IMG/VR virus record: IMGVR_UViG_3300031688_000024
Coordinates: 1 to 52,972 of that record
DNA length: 52,972 nt
From: a virus
Lineage: Duplodnaviria > Caudoviricetes
Strand: one strand, 5' to 3'
In this document: in pieces, positions 1 to 10,716 of the stretch
How positions within the stretch are numbered: the first letter of the stretch is position 1
How the letters are laid out: each line of letters starts with the position of its first letter
Made by a program: the position numbers and the translations under genes
The notes under the pieces: model-generated
Databases searched by the model: none
Told to the model about the DNA's origin: nothing
Seen by the model: only the letters and a program-made list of their open reading frames with translations

Positions 1-1
1 C

Positions 2-1252
2 CAATCAGACGAGGAGTACACATTAACCTTTAAGGACATATCTTTATCGGATTTCATTTCTAACTATTACTCATCATTTGAGTTGTTTAACTCTAAGGAG
101 TTAATGACCGACATTATCGATATGTTATTCGGAGTTTTCTCTGTAGACGTATCGAACAAAAGAGTTAACTCTTTTGAGGAGTTAAATCAGTTTATGAAAG
201 CTATCTCAGCATTATGTAGTGACTTCTATGAGTCTGACTCACTAATTAAGGAGGGTTTAATTGATAGAGTTTCTACTCAGGATGAAGAGTTATCGTTCAC
301 TTTTGACGATGAAGACACGAGATACATTGAAGAAAATTTTAACCTAAAAATTAATAAACTTTATCGTTTATCTGATTGTGGTAATTATGAGGCAGAAATG
401 AATCCTGAAATGTTAATTGATACGTTAATGGACTTAGACTCCGGGATACCTGAAAATGAGGTTATCGATAATTTCTTAAATAATATCGGGTCTCACGTAC
501 AGGATAGTGGTTTTGACGTACCAAACGTTAATCTTAACTTTAATACCGACATATTCAAACAAATACCAAAAGTAATTGTAAGTAAAATTTTAGGACCTAA
601 GTCGTTACTACCATTTGTGGTCTTGACCAGTGCTATAGACTCGACTAAAGAAGGGTCAAAAGACATTAAAGGTTTCGTTAACAGTAATAATTCATTCGTT
701 ACTCGAATAACAAAAAGAGTGTTCGATATGTATAAAGAAGAGTTATTTAAGGAAATTAAAAAACGGTTAACCGTCCTAATCACAGAATTAGTGATGAAGA
801 TTGTATCACAACAATTAAAGGGGAGATACGCAATAATACTATCATTATTATCCGCGTTAGGTAAATTAAAGTCTATGGACTTAACGTCCTGTATCGGGAT
901 TCTGAACGGATTAATGTCTTTACTTAAATTGAAAACAGGTATACCATTAGGGATACCAATGCCGATGTTATACGGTGCATATATTAGGGAAGGTGCGAAC
1001 TCAACTAGAGCATTTATCAACGGTGTGGATAATTTACAAAAAATAGGATACAATACGGGGGATTTACCCGATGGGTCCATAAATAAACACGTTTTAGGGC
1101 AAAAATCCTTTTTAGATGGGTTAATGCAAGAAACCGCTGAGAACGGAGCAATACAATTCGTATCGCAACCGGCAAGTGGTGTTCATCCGTTAGGTCCTGT
1201 CGTGACCCCTTTCGTATTAGGTAAGGGAATAATTTTAACATCATTTGATTAA
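2..1252 (+). CDS. Hypothetical virion/tail-region protein, truncated at the window's left edge
   Basis: The frame of ORF 83..1252 is open back to position 2; it lies upstream of a baseplate-spike-like gene; no family motif recognised. Confidence 0.6.
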   Translation, partial: QSDEEYTLTFKDISLSDFISNYYSSFELFNSKELMTDIIDMLFGVFSVDVSNKRVNSFEELNQFMKAISALCSDFYESDSLIKEGLIDRVSTQDEELSFTFDDEDTRYIEENFNLKINKLYRLSDCGNYEAEMNPEMLIDTLMDLDSGIPENEVIDNFLNNIGSHVQDSGFDVPNVNLNFNTDIFKQIPKVIVSKILGPKSLLPFVVLTSAIDSTKEGSKDIKGFVNSNNSFVTRITKRVFDMYKEELFKEIKKRLTVLITELVMKIVSQQLKGRYAIILSLLSALGKLKSMDLTSCIGILNGLMSLLKLKTGIPLGIPMPMLYGAYIREGANSTRAFINGVDNLQKIGYNTGDLPDGSINKHVLGQKSFLDGLMQETAENGAIQFVSQPASGVHPLGPVVTPFVLGKGIILTSFD

Positions 1253-1461
1253 TGGACATTAGAGAATTGATAGAGTTAGGTGAGAACGCATCTAAGAAGG
1301 GAAACAAGGACCTCATTGAGGGTGCCAGCATCTTAACTAAAGAATTTGAAGATACTAAATCTCTGATTATTCAACTTTCACATCACTTAGATAACGTAGA
1401 AAAATGTTACTACCAAATCTCAGATGAGATTAAAAGTAGAAAAACGAATATAGATGGATAA
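1252..1461 (+). CDS. Small hypothetical coiled-coil protein
   Basis: 69 aa; overlaps both neighbouring genes, consistent with translational coupling. Confidence 0.65.
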   Translation: MDIRELIELGENASKKGNKDLIEGASILTKEFEDTKSLIIQLSHHLDNVEKCYYQISDEIKSRKTNIDG

Positions 1462-2959
1462 GAGAATATTTTATAAAGGAGTCGTCATTGATAATTCCGA
1501 CCCACTAAGACTGGGTCGTATAATTGTTGAGGCGTCTAATTTTAGGGTTTCTGATAAAAAGTATATTGCGGAATATGAAGGCACTAAATCTATAGAGGGT
1601 AAGGATAAGTGGGATATTACGGTAAACCCTTTCATACTTAAACCGTTAATACCGAACAACTTCAGTTTTGTACCTAAAATCGGAGAAATGGTTAATATTA
1701 TTTATACCGACCTATCTAGAGATTTCGTTGATGGATTTTATATACCAACCTCATCAGTAGATAGGGGGTTTTTTGATGGTAATAGTGCCGAACATAGTCA
1801 ATCTCAATCGAGAGAAGGGTTACGTTATAAAAAGGGTAAGGAATTAGTAAAAGAAAACGGAGAATACGTTAAGAAGAAATATGATGGAGCATTACCAAAA
1901 CTTGAAGATTATTCGATTTCTGGTCGTATAAATTCAGATGTTGTTTGGTCCGACAATGCCGTGGTAATTAGAGCCGGTAAAATTAACGAGACAATATCTA
2001 GTAAACAAAACGAGGTAATTAGGGACGAAAATCCCGCTATGGTTCAAGTATCAAAATACGACACCACACAAGAATTCGGAGAACCTAAGAAAACCCAAAC
2101 AACCGAATCTGAGATACGTCATGTGGAAATTTTAGTAGAGTATAGTATCGAGGACATTGAAACGTCTACAGGTACGTTCTACATATATAAGTTATCTAAA
2201 AATGAGGGGACCACAGAAACAATTTATTTTAATAACATTACGGAAGTAAGTGATGACGATAAGGAGTTAATTTATTCGGTACAGATAACGGAACCGACAT
2301 TAGTGGATTTAGGATTAAAGTTAAGACATACTATAAAATCCTTTTTCGTGGACGGTCAGTCAGGTATTGGGAATTTAGACGGATTTATTAAGCATCCGTC
2401 CAATGTGAGTCCTGATAGTTTATCGTCTATATATCCAGTTTATTTTAGACCTAGTCCGTCACAATTTAATGAATTAAAAAGTAATGCGACATATACGAAT
2501 TTTATTGATTTTATCAGAGTTAGGAGTCGTAAGTCACATGGATTATTATTTAGTGATAATGAGGACAATACACCAACTAAAACTACGGAAGTTGAGATTA
2601 ATACAATCATTACGAAATCGGTGCCCTCTAAAAATGTGATTATCCTTTCGGATACTAACTTCCAATTAGCGTATGGTAATAATATACCAACGTCTAAAGT
2701 GGGGATTGATTTTAATAAGGTTTCCAATTATAGAATCACCCAACAAGAATTAGTTAAGGGTATTTTACCTGAGACCTTTGCGTTAGTTAGAGGTGAACAA
2801 TTACAGAACTTATTAGACGTGATTTATTTGTTTTTAACTACTCACGTACATAACCCTGCAGAGCCTGCAGTGGTACTCCCATCGGTTAAACAGGAACTAG
2901 AACAACAATTCCAAGACTTTAAACAGAATATCCTTTCTCAGAAAAATAGAATTAACTAA
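1454..2959 (+). CDS. Baseplate hub/central spike-like protein (gp5/gpV/VgrG OB-fold)
   Basis: N-terminal YKGVVIDNSDPLRLGRI...PKIGEMV pattern typical of the gp5 OB domain; C-terminal THVH resembles the HxH metal-binding spike tip. Confidence 0.65.
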   Translation: MDKRIFYKGVVIDNSDPLRLGRIIVEASNFRVSDKKYIAEYEGTKSIEGKDKWDITVNPFILKPLIPNNFSFVPKIGEMVNIIYTDLSRDFVDGFYIPTSSVDRGFFDGNSAEHSQSQSREGLRYKKGKELVKENGEYVKKKYDGALPKLEDYSISGRINSDVVWSDNAVVIRAGKINETISSKQNEVIRDENPAMVQVSKYDTTQEFGEPKKTQTTESEIRHVEILVEYSIEDIETSTGTFYIYKLSKNEGTTETIYFNNITEVSDDDKELIYSVQITEPTLVDLGLKLRHTIKSFFVDGQSGIGNLDGFIKHPSNVSPDSLSSIYPVYFRPSPSQFNELKSNATYTNFIDFIRVRSRKSHGLLFSDNEDNTPTKTTEVEINTIITKSVPSKNVIILSDTNFQLAYGNNIPTSKVGIDFNKVSNYRITQQELVKGILPETFALVRGEQLQNLLDVIYLFLTTHVHNPAEPAVVLPSVKQELEQQFQDFKQNILSQKNRIN

Positions 2960-2990
2960 TTATTAGATATTTATTATAAAAACAATATAA

Positions 2991-4364
2991 ATGTCTGTAT
3001 TCAAATCATATTTTAGTAAGAACAATACAATCATCAGTGAAACATATAGTAATACGGCGAAAAATCCGGTTACTGAGATTTTCTATGGTGGTAGTTTTAG
3101 TAGATTTTTACTGCAAGTGGACTTATCGGAATTAATCGGAAGAATATCTGAAGGTTATATTAATAGAGGTAGAATCCAAAAACACGTATTAAAATTAACA
3201 AATACAATCAACCCAGACGAGTCTTCGTTTTTTAACGGAGAAACTACGGTAGGGTTTAAAAGAGCCACATCATTTGATTTGGTCGCTTATAAATTAACCG
3301 AACAATGGGACGAGGGTATTGGTCACGATTATACTAACACGTCTTCGAATTTCGTGGGGCAAAATACTTACTCTGAAAATCCATCCAATTGGTTTTATAA
3401 AGACACTGTTAGTCAGTGGGATGTTGTGGGGTCTAAGGATGATTCATTAGTTATATCCACCCAACACTTTGATAGTGGCGCGGAAAACTTAGAAATTGAC
3501 ATTACAAGTTATGTTAATAACATATTAGACGGTAATGAAACAAATTACGGAATTGGTATTTGTTTTGACTTACCTTACGAATCAATTGACACTGCCGGTT
3601 CATACCAAAGTATTGGTTTTTATTCAAAATATACTCAAACATTTTTCGAACCATTTTTGGAAACAACATTTAATGACCATTTTATTGATAATAGAAATGA
3701 TTTTTATGAGGGGACCACGAGAAATCTAATCCTATATGTTAACCAAGGAAACGAACCTACGAACTTAGATGTTAATCCATCGGTGGATATCTACGACGGA
3801 GATGAATTAATAATGTCAGATATTGGGACGACCCACATAACCAAAGGGGTGTATCAGGCGACATTTATGATTGGTTCTCAGAGTTGTAAGGCACCTAAAA
3901 TATTGTCAGACCATTGGAAAGGACTGGTAATCGGTGGGTATGAAATACCCGTAAACACTCAAGAGTTCACATTAAGACCTTCTTCAGAATTTTTTAATAT
4001 AGGTGCCGATGAGTTAGTACCTAACGAATATGGGTTCTCATTCATGGGAATACAAAGAGATGAGAAAATATCGAGAGGTGATATACGTAAAGTTTATGTT
4101 GAGGTGAAAGTACCGTTCATGTATGAACCATCAGTTCAAATCGACAACTTAAAATATATGGTATACGTAAAAGAAGGTTCTACCTCTGTTGGGGTTATTG
4201 AGTGGACAGATATTAGTCGTTCGTTCAATAGTAATTTCTTTCTACTGGACACTTCAATGTTAATACCAAATAAGGAGTACTATTTGGACTTACAGTTAAA
4301 AACGAACCGAGAAATTAATACAGTTAAAAAGGGGATAAGTTTTTACATTATAAATGAAAAATAA
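2991..4364 (+). CDS. Hypothetical structural protein (possible DNRLRE-like beta-sandwich)
   Basis: 457 aa with SRFLLQVDL...W.EG...W...G...DIT..V...NYG pattern; putative late motif ATATTTAT upstream. Confidence 0.5.
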   Translation: MSVFKSYFSKNNTIISETYSNTAKNPVTEIFYGGSFSRFLLQVDLSELIGRISEGYINRGRIQKHVLKLTNTINPDESSFFNGETTVGFKRATSFDLVAYKLTEQWDEGIGHDYTNTSSNFVGQNTYSENPSNWFYKDTVSQWDVVGSKDDSLVISTQHFDSGAENLEIDITSYVNNILDGNETNYGIGICFDLPYESIDTAGSYQSIGFYSKYTQTFFEPFLETTFNDHFIDNRNDFYEGTTRNLILYVNQGNEPTNLDVNPSVDIYDGDELIMSDIGTTHITKGVYQATFMIGSQSCKAPKILSDHWKGLVIGGYEIPVNTQEFTLRPSSEFFNIGADELVPNEYGFSFMGIQRDEKISRGDIRKVYVEVKVPFMYEPSVQIDNLKYMVYVKEGSTSVGVIEWTDISRSFNSNFFLLDTSMLIPNKEYYLDLQLKTNREINTVKKGISFYIINEK

Positions 4365-5913
4365 TATGGGTAAAAAGAAAGTTTACATTAAAGAGTCGGG
4401 TTTAATCGATTTCTTTAGTGATATGTTAGGAGACTCAATCCCTCAATTAGTTGCCGGTGTTGATGGTGTTGACTTATTAGTTACCGTCCCCGCAATCGCA
4501 AAGAACCTATATGAGTTAAGTAAGACGAATACCGAATTTAATAAGACGATATTACCATCGATAGATGAGGATAATATCAGTAAGGAAGAGTTTGATTCGT
4601 TAGAGGAAATTAAGGATTCCCTATTGACCGATATGGTTGATGTGGTCCAAAGGGTGATTGAATCACTACCCGGCTCATTTGTTGGCTCGGCAGCTTCACT
4701 ATCACTGACATTCCTTAAAGAATTAGCGTTCGAAAAACTTTTAGAGGAGTTAGTTTTACTACAATCAAAATACTTAAAAGATATTAAAATAATTACAACT
4801 CCATGGAACACTTCGATGGATAGTCTAACTGAGATAGATAGGTTAATAACGATTTATAATGAAATGGGTGAGGAACCTACAGAATTGAGTGAATCGACAT
4901 TCGTATCTATGATACCACCATTACGTTATTCTTCGATTACGTCTCCTTTTAATGAGGTAAGAAATAAGGGGACCAAAGGAGTGAGAAGACATTATGGGGT
5001 GGATTTAGGAGTTAGTTCGGGAACACCAATTAAATCACCATTACCGGGTAAAATTATGTCCGGAGGTAAAGGGGACACTAAATACAGTAAGGGGTCTTGT
5101 GGTGGTACAATTAGAATAGACCATGGAGATAATCTTATGTCTCGTTACTGTCACGTTAAGAAAATAAACTTCTTCGACGACGGTCATGTTTTGGCTCAGG
5201 GAGACATTATCGGTTTAAGTGGTGGTGCGAAGAATGACCAACACAGGGGTAGTTCGACGGGAGCTCATCTACACTGGGAAATGAAAGACCATGGGAAATT
5301 AGTAGACCCAATGGATTATCTTAATAAGAAAAGTAAGACGGATTACAGTACTGATGAGTGGGTCTCAAACGATTCGAGTGTTATGGATGATTCGAGTGTT
5401 ATGGATGATTCGTCGACAGGAGGAGAGGCACTAGCCTCATTACTCTCAGAAAACATAATTAGCGATAAACTATCGTATCATATCGACAATAACATACCAT
5501 TACATGAGAGTATATTTCGTGTCAAATCAAATAACTTCTTCACAATCATTAACGAGGCTAGGAAACTACACAATAAGGGTGTAATAACCCTGTCTGAGGA
5601 GGAAACTACGTTAATCGGTACAGATATGGGTAAGAAAGTTAAAACGACCTTAGGGGACGTTTATTTGGATAGTCCATTTATATTGGACGAGTCTAACTAT
5701 ATCGGTAAGGAAATTGACCTTAATAGACCATTTAAACGTGATGGTGGGGTTAATAAGTTCGGAGTGTATGTTATGGACCCTAAAACTAATAACGTTAAGG
5801 TGGTTAGGTTTAGTGAGTCAACAACCATGAATACAACGACAGACAGAACATCGTCAGAATGGTGGTCAAGTAATTGTCATCTTTACAAAAAGCAACTCAG
5901 ACTTAAATCGTAG
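4354..5913 (+). CDS. Multidomain protein with central M23 (LytM) zinc peptidase
   Basis: HYGVDLG (HxxxD), YCH and STGAHLHWE (HxH) motifs. Confidence 0.85.
   Translation: MKNNMGKKKVYIKESGLIDFFSDMLGDSIPQLVAGVDGVDLLVTVPAIAKNLYELSKTNTEFNKTILPSIDEDNISKEEFDSLEEIKDSLLTDMVDVVQRVIESLPGSFVGSAASLSLTFLKELAFEKLLEELVLLQSKYLKDIKIITTPWNTSMDSLTEIDRLITIYNEMGEEPTELSESTFVSMIPPLRYSSITSPFNEVRNKGTKGVRRHYGVDLGVSSGTPIKSPLPGKIMSGGKGDTKYSKGSCGGTIRIDHGDNLMSRYCHVKKINFFDDGHVLAQGDIIGLSGGAKNDQHRGSSTGAHLHWEMKDHGKLVDPMDYLNKKSKTDYSTDEWVSNDSSVMDDSSVMDDSSTGGEALASLLSENIISDKLSYHIDNNIPLHESIFRVKSNNFFTIINEARKLHNKGVITLSEEETTLIGTDMGKKVKTTLGDVYLDSPFILDESNYIGKEIDLNRPFKRDGGVNKFGVYVMDPKTNNVKVVRFSESTTMNTTTDRTSSEWWSSNCHLYKKQLRLKS
5371..5412 (+). 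repeat. In-frame 18-nt tandem repeat (DSSVMD x2 plus a partial copy)
   Basis: GATTCGAGTGTTATGGAT repeated in the linker after the M23 domain. Confidence 0.85.
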
Positions 5914-5960
5914 AGTTAATCATTAAAATAATATATCGGGTAATTACCCGATAATATCAG

Positions 5961-5988
5961 AATTCGGTTCACAGACCGAATTTTTTTA
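5961..5988 (+). terminator. Intrinsic terminator
   Basis: AATTCGGT-tcacag-ACCGAATT hairpin followed by a T run. Confidence 0.7.
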
Positions 5989-6021
5989 TGCGGTATACTT
6001 AAATACCTAAATTTAAAGCAT

Positions 6022-6048
6022 AAAAAAAGGGACTCCGAAGAGTCCCTT
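6022..6048 (-). terminator. Intrinsic terminator after the major capsid gene
   Basis: AAGGGACTC-cgaa-GAGTCCCTT hairpin with an A run on + (U run on -). Confidence 0.85.
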
Positions 6049-6073
6049 AATATTATTTCAGTTAATTAAAAGA

Positions 6074-7774
6074 TTATTTTAATTCTGAGATATCAAAAGA
6101 TTGTAATCCTTTTACTGTAATTACACCGTAAAATCTGTTGTTCACCATCTTCTTAGCGTATCTAGTCATGATACCTTTGATTGGAGTGAAGTTGAACGGG
6201 TTATACATTGTAGGAGTTAACTGTAATGGCACGTATGGTGCGTATACATATCCCGTATCTAATAAAGATGTACCTTTATGTCCCATAAGGATTTTTCCTG
6301 CTGGGAAGTAAGGGTCTCTAAAGACTTGGTATCTTCCTGCTAATGTACCTACTTTTTCAATACCCATATTATATGAATCTTGTTCTGGAGATGCGTTAGA
6401 TACGTGGAAGTATTCTAAATCATCAAATATTGCTGATACTTCAGAAGAAACAACAATCCAGTTAGCTCCACCTCTTAAGGTAGATTTGTGAATCTGTGCA
6501 GAAACTTGGTTAACTTTAGTAATTAAAGTTTGGTTCCAATCTTTCTGAGTATAACCTGCGAAAGACGCTCCGTTAGCAGCACCATATTTCCACTCATTAT
6601 AATCCCATTTAAGGTTCCATGCAGCTCCTTTTCTTAAATCTCTTAAGATTTCTCTATCGATTTCAGCAGCAACTTGTTCAGACAATAAAGCCGTTAATTC
6701 AGCCTCAGCATCAATGTTATGAAAAGCAGAAACGTCTTGTGCCAATTCTGGTGACCAAGAAGCTCTTAATTTTCTTTCTGTTACAGAAACAGTAACTGAT
6801 TCTAAGTCAAAAGAAACTTCTCCGATTGAATCTTCAAATTCCATATCGAAATATTGTCTCCATGTTACTACGAAGTCAGCTACAGTATTAGCAGTTAAAT
6901 CAACCGCTGAAAATCCTGTGTTAGCGTCATACGCTTCAACATCAACTTCTAAAAAGATAACTCCGTCAGCATCACAAATACTTGTGTGTCTACCACCTGG
7001 CGTTACACCAGCAGCTGGAGATACTTTCTTAGATAATCCTGTTACGATAGATTTACCATATTTCTGAGTTACAACTCTGAAATCTTTTTCTTCTCCACCT
7101 AAGATTACTTTTAATGAAGCTAAAAATTCTTCCGAATCAACTTCTTGACCATTAGGTCCGTTTAATTTCCCAGAACCTGAGTCTTGGAAACCATTTACTG
7201 ATATAAGAATTCTTGAGTCAGTAGCAGTTAAATCACTAATAAGTGTTACCACTCCTGTGTTCTCTTGGAAATCTCCTTTAGAATAATCATACATCCCTGA
7301 TTCGTTAGAACCATCTTCGTAAAATTTATCGTATAAGTTCTTTGAAGCTGGGTTTTCGTAACCTGCTTGTGAACCTGCAGCGTAATCAGTTGTACCTGGG
7401 TAACCAAATGGTTGTAGGTGTGAACCGTCAGCGTTTCTTTCTTGTACTTTTGGTACAAAGAAGAATAATTTACCAATTGGTAAGTTCATAGCTTGTACCG
7501 AAACGATTTCGTTAGCTAATAATTTCGAGAATACTCTTCTCACGATTGGAAAAACTACAGTTTCGAATGAACCTGCTGAATCCGTGTGAGCCGCCTCGTT
7601 GATTAAATGTGATGCTTGGTTTTCAAATAACTGTGCTACATTTTCTTTTTGGTGACCACTAAGACCTTCTAAAAATCCTAATTTATCCCATTTGTTAATT
7701 GTGTCTTCTTTGATAACTTTAAGGTGTTTTAACCCGATGTTACCAACTAATCCTGATTCTAATAATGCTCCCAT
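6074..7774 (-). CDS. gp23: Major capsid protein, T4 gp23-like
   Basis: VQAMNLPIG, RKLRASWSPELAQD, AEIDREI, YAPYVPL and GIMTRYA motifs. Confidence 0.97.
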   Translation of the reverse strand: MGALLESGLVGNIGLKHLKVIKEDTINKWDKLGFLEGLSGHQKENVAQLFENQASHLINEAAHTDSAGSFETVVFPIVRRVFSKLLANEIVSVQAMNLPIGKLFFFVPKVQERNADGSHLQPFGYPGTTDYAAGSQAGYENPASKNLYDKFYEDGSNESGMYDYSKGDFQENTGVVTLISDLTATDSRILISVNGFQDSGSGKLNGPNGQEVDSEEFLASLKVILGGEEKDFRVVTQKYGKSIVTGLSKKVSPAAGVTPGGRHTSICDADGVIFLEVDVEAYDANTGFSAVDLTANTVADFVVTWRQYFDMEFEDSIGEVSFDLESVTVSVTERKLRASWSPELAQDVSAFHNIDAEAELTALLSEQVAAEIDREILRDLRKGAAWNLKWDYNEWKYGAANGASFAGYTQKDWNQTLITKVNQVSAQIHKSTLRGGANWIVVSSEVSAIFDDLEYFHVSNASPEQDSYNMGIEKVGTLAGRYQVFRDPYFPAGKILMGHKGTSLLDTGYVYAPYVPLQLTPTMYNPFNFTPIKGIMTRYAKKMVNNRFYGVITVKGLQSFDISELK

Positions 7775-7797
7775 TTTGTTGAATATTTAATTTTAAT

Positions 7798-9051
7798 TTA
7801 TTTTGTTATTCCCATCATCTCTTTGATTCTCTTAATTTGTGGATTCTCGTAAGTTTTAGACTCCACTAATTTTTCAGATGAACCAGATTTTGGTGATGAT
7901 GAAATTTTATTAACGACAGTTTCAGTTAACTTAGTATCTGAACCTGTTAGTTCGTTTTTGATTGAGTTGTATAAAGACTTTGATTCTTTCAATGTCTCAA
8001 TACTATCAAATCTCTTTAAGATGTTTAACTTCTCAGATTTCGTAGTAGTGTGTTCTGTAAACAATCTAGTTGCGTAGGCTAAGTTCGCGTTGAATACTCC
8101 AACTTCGTTTAACTTATTTCTAAACAATTTCAATGCTTCAGTTAATTCACCATTCTTAACCGTTAATGTTTCAACCTCTTCAGACAAGTCTTTACGACCA
8201 GCCTTATATTTTTTACCTTGGTTTGAAGGTACTTTCGCGTCTGCCGCGTGAGTTCTTGAAGCTTCCTCCATATCACCTTCAATTGTTTCATCAGACTCTT
8301 CAATCTCCACTTCTTCAGTTTCAACTATTTCGTCATCCAATTCAATTTCGTAAACAACTTCCTCTTCAGTTTCTTCATCCATAATAGAACTAGCGATTTT
8401 ACCACCTGCGTACGATGCGGCACCACCTACTATTGCTCCAACTATTGGATTCTCTTCTAATTCCTCAGTTTCCATAACCTCATCAGTTACTTCTTCTTCG
8501 TCCTCTTCAGTTTCATCAGATTCGTTCATCTCGATTCTGTACTCGTCATCACCGTCCTCTAAGTGGACAGTTCCTTCGTCGTCTTGTGATACGATAATTC
8601 CGTCTTCATCGCCCATTGCTTTGAAAACCTTCAATATCTCTTCGTCAGATGCCCCTGTCATATCAATGACTTCGTTTTCCTCTTCATCACCAAGTGATGG
8701 TAATTCTAACGATGGCATTTCGATATCATCCATATCTAAAGATACGTCGTCTAAGTCAACATCTAAATCAAGTACGTCCTCTTCCGAGTCTTCACTTTCT
8801 TCGTTGTCTTCTAATTCGATGTCTTCTTCATCCGTGTCTGTATCATCAGATTCCTCAAATTGTTCCTCGATTGCTACTTCATCAGTAGTCTCTTCAGTTT
8901 CAATTTCTTTGGTTTCTTCCATAGACTCCTTTACAAGTTCGTCAATTTCTTGCTTCATTGTGTTAGCAAGTATTTCTTTTGCGTTCTTTTTTACCGCTTC
9001 TTCAAGTTGTGTAACCTGAAGTAATGCTTCTTCTAAAATTGATTTAGCCAT
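7798..9051 (-). CDS. Prohead core/scaffolding protein (gp22-like)
   Basis: Very acidic, coiled-coil, many (I/L/V)xE sites; lies between prohead protease and capsid genes. Confidence 0.75.
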   Translation of the reverse strand: MAKSILEEALLQVTQLEEAVKKNAKEILANTMKQEIDELVKESMEETKEIETEETTDEVAIEEQFEESDDTDTDEEDIELEDNEESEDSEEDVLDLDVDLDDVSLDMDDIEMPSLELPSLGDEEENEVIDMTGASDEEILKVFKAMGDEDGIIVSQDDEGTVHLEDGDDEYRIEMNESDETEEDEEEVTDEVMETEELEENPIVGAIVGGAASYAGGKIASSIMDEETEEEVVYEIELDDEIVETEEVEIEESDETIEGDMEEASRTHAADAKVPSNQGKKYKAGRKDLSEEVETLTVKNGELTEALKLFRNKLNEVGVFNANLAYATRLFTEHTTTKSEKLNILKRFDSIETLKESKSLYNSIKNELTGSDTKLTETVVNKISSSPKSGSSEKLVESKTYENPQIKRIKEMMGITK

Positions 9052-9153
9052 TTTTCTATGTTAATTTAATGTCAATAATGTTTATTATGTATATAAATAT
9101 ATTTGTAGTACCAAAAAAGTCCACTACAAGTCAATAAATATCTATTTTTTTTA

Positions 9154-9843
9154 CTATCGCCCCAAAAAAGAGTTAAATTTCTTCATTAAATCCATAGTCT
9201 TAGTGTCTATAGTTTTTTCTTCGGACTCGATAGATTCGGCATAATTCTCTCTTTCTCCTTCCTCTTGGAATAAGTAAGCTCCTGGTGTTGAGGGGGATGA
9301 AACTAAATCGAAACATACCATTTCGTAGTCATCTTGTACCTCATTGAATTCTCCTGATTTTTTTAAAGAACCTACCCCACGAGAAGAAATCCCTAAAACA
9401 ACCCCATGTAATAATAGGTTTGCTGCGATATCTCCCATACACGTTATCTGACCTGTAGTACGAAAAGCCTCAGAAGTAAGTAATTCTACTTTCCCCATTA
9501 GTATTTTCCCGTCCCACCAGCATTCAGTAATTCTGTGTGATGTTCTTTCTAAGTCGACTAAAGATGTCTCAGGGTGATTTAACTCCCCTAATGCTCTTCC
9601 TTGTTCGATAAGTTTTTTGTAATTTTCGGTTTCCCTCTTTAAGATTCGTTCTCCGTATATTCGCCCATTTTTATTTGGGGTATCATATTTCTGTAGAACC
9701 GCATACATAATGAAATTCCCATTCTTATCCATCTCCTTCATTTCTCTAATAACTTCTTTGTTATCATTAGGTGATATATGACCAGCGTCATATTCGATAA
9801 GAATTCCTTTTGTATTTGTATCTGTTGCTTTTAATATTTTCAT
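9154..9843 (-). CDS. gp21: Prohead protease, T4 gp21-like
   Basis: NKNGRIY, ALGELNHP, LGISSRGVGS and FDLVSSPS motifs. Confidence 0.95.
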   Translation of the reverse strand: MKILKATDTNTKGILIEYDAGHISPNDNKEVIREMKEMDKNGNFIMYAVLQKYDTPNKNGRIYGERILKRETENYKKLIEQGRALGELNHPETSLVDLERTSHRITECWWDGKILMGKVELLTSEAFRTTGQITCMGDIAANLLLHGVVLGISSRGVGSLKKSGEFNEVQDDYEMVCFDLVSSPSTPGAYLFQEEGERENYAESIESEEKTIDTKTMDLMKKFNSFLGR

Positions 9844-9923
9844 ACCATATAGTGTTAACTCTTATATAAATATATAACTACAAAGAAAAAATAGTGTATG
9901 GTTGTAAATGAAAAAAGAGGGGG

Positions 9924-10361
9924 CTACCCTCTTTTGTTTTTATGATAAGAAAATTTGTCGTATTTGACCACCGATTCGGTGATGATATTACTAAGTAAGT
10001 TAGATATCTCCGTTTTAAATTCGTCGTCTCTAATTTCGTAATTTTTGGTGGTGAATAAGGTTATTTCACAATTCATGAATGATTTCTTATCCTGTTCTAA
10101 CCCACTTGCTCGAATATCTAAGTCCACGATAAACCTATCGTCTTTAAATTTCTCGGTTAGGTTAAGTCTGTCACTTAGGTTGTGTGTTATCTTCCTTTTT
10201 AATGTTCCGATTATCGGACTCCAATTCTCTACCGTTAGGTTTGGGACTACCCAACAAGATATCTTAGAGTATATTGATTTTAAGTTTTTTGAATCAACGG
10301 TACCATATCCACATTTAAAGTTTTCATTAACGTCTATGTGGATGTATTTTCCTGATTTCAT
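9924..10361 (-). CDS. Hypothetical protein in the head module
   Basis: 145 aa ORF co-oriented with the head genes. Confidence 0.65.
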   Translation of the reverse strand: MKSGKYIHIDVNENFKCGYGTVDSKNLKSIYSKISCWVVPNLTVENWSPIIGTLKRKITHNLSDRLNLTEKFKDDRFIVDLDIRASGLEQDKKSFMNCEITLFTTKNYEIRDDEFKTEISNLLSNIITESVVKYDKFSYHKNKRG

Positions 10362-10521
10362 ATATGTTCATAATTCTACTGTCGTTTATTGTTACTTCTT
10401 TAAGTATAATAAACGTTATCTAATGAGTCAAAGAATATGACATAATAAAGTTCGTTTGGGTGTGTCGTTAATTTTTAGTATATTTATATATTAAATAAAT
10501 GTACTAAAACAAACTAAATTT

Positions 10522-10716
10522 ATGATTATAATTAAAGCTGGTAAGAATGAATCAATAGAAAGACTATTGAAAAGATATAAACGAAAGATTAGAAACGTAA
10601 AACAATTACAATCTATTAGAGATAGGAAAACCTACACTAAACCTTCGGCTACCAAACGGAAACAAAAATCTAAAGCAATATACCTACAACAAAAAAGAAA
10701 TTCTGAGGACTCTTAA
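10522..10716 (+). CDS. rpsU: Ribosomal protein bS21, Bacteroidota type
   Basis: ESIERLLKRYKRK...RDRKTYTKPSATKR...KAIY. Confidence 0.95.
   Translation: MIIIKAGKNESIERLLKRYKRKIRNVKQLQSIRDRKTYTKPSATKRKQKSKAIYLQQKRNSEDS

Noticed and set aside
5371-5412. DSSVMD tandem repeat as a functional element
   Set aside because: Only about 2.5 copies in a linker; most simply a slippage duplication
9091-9100. T4 late promoter TATAAATA
   Set aside because: It lies on the strand opposite the downstream structural genes; the sense motif is ATATTTAT
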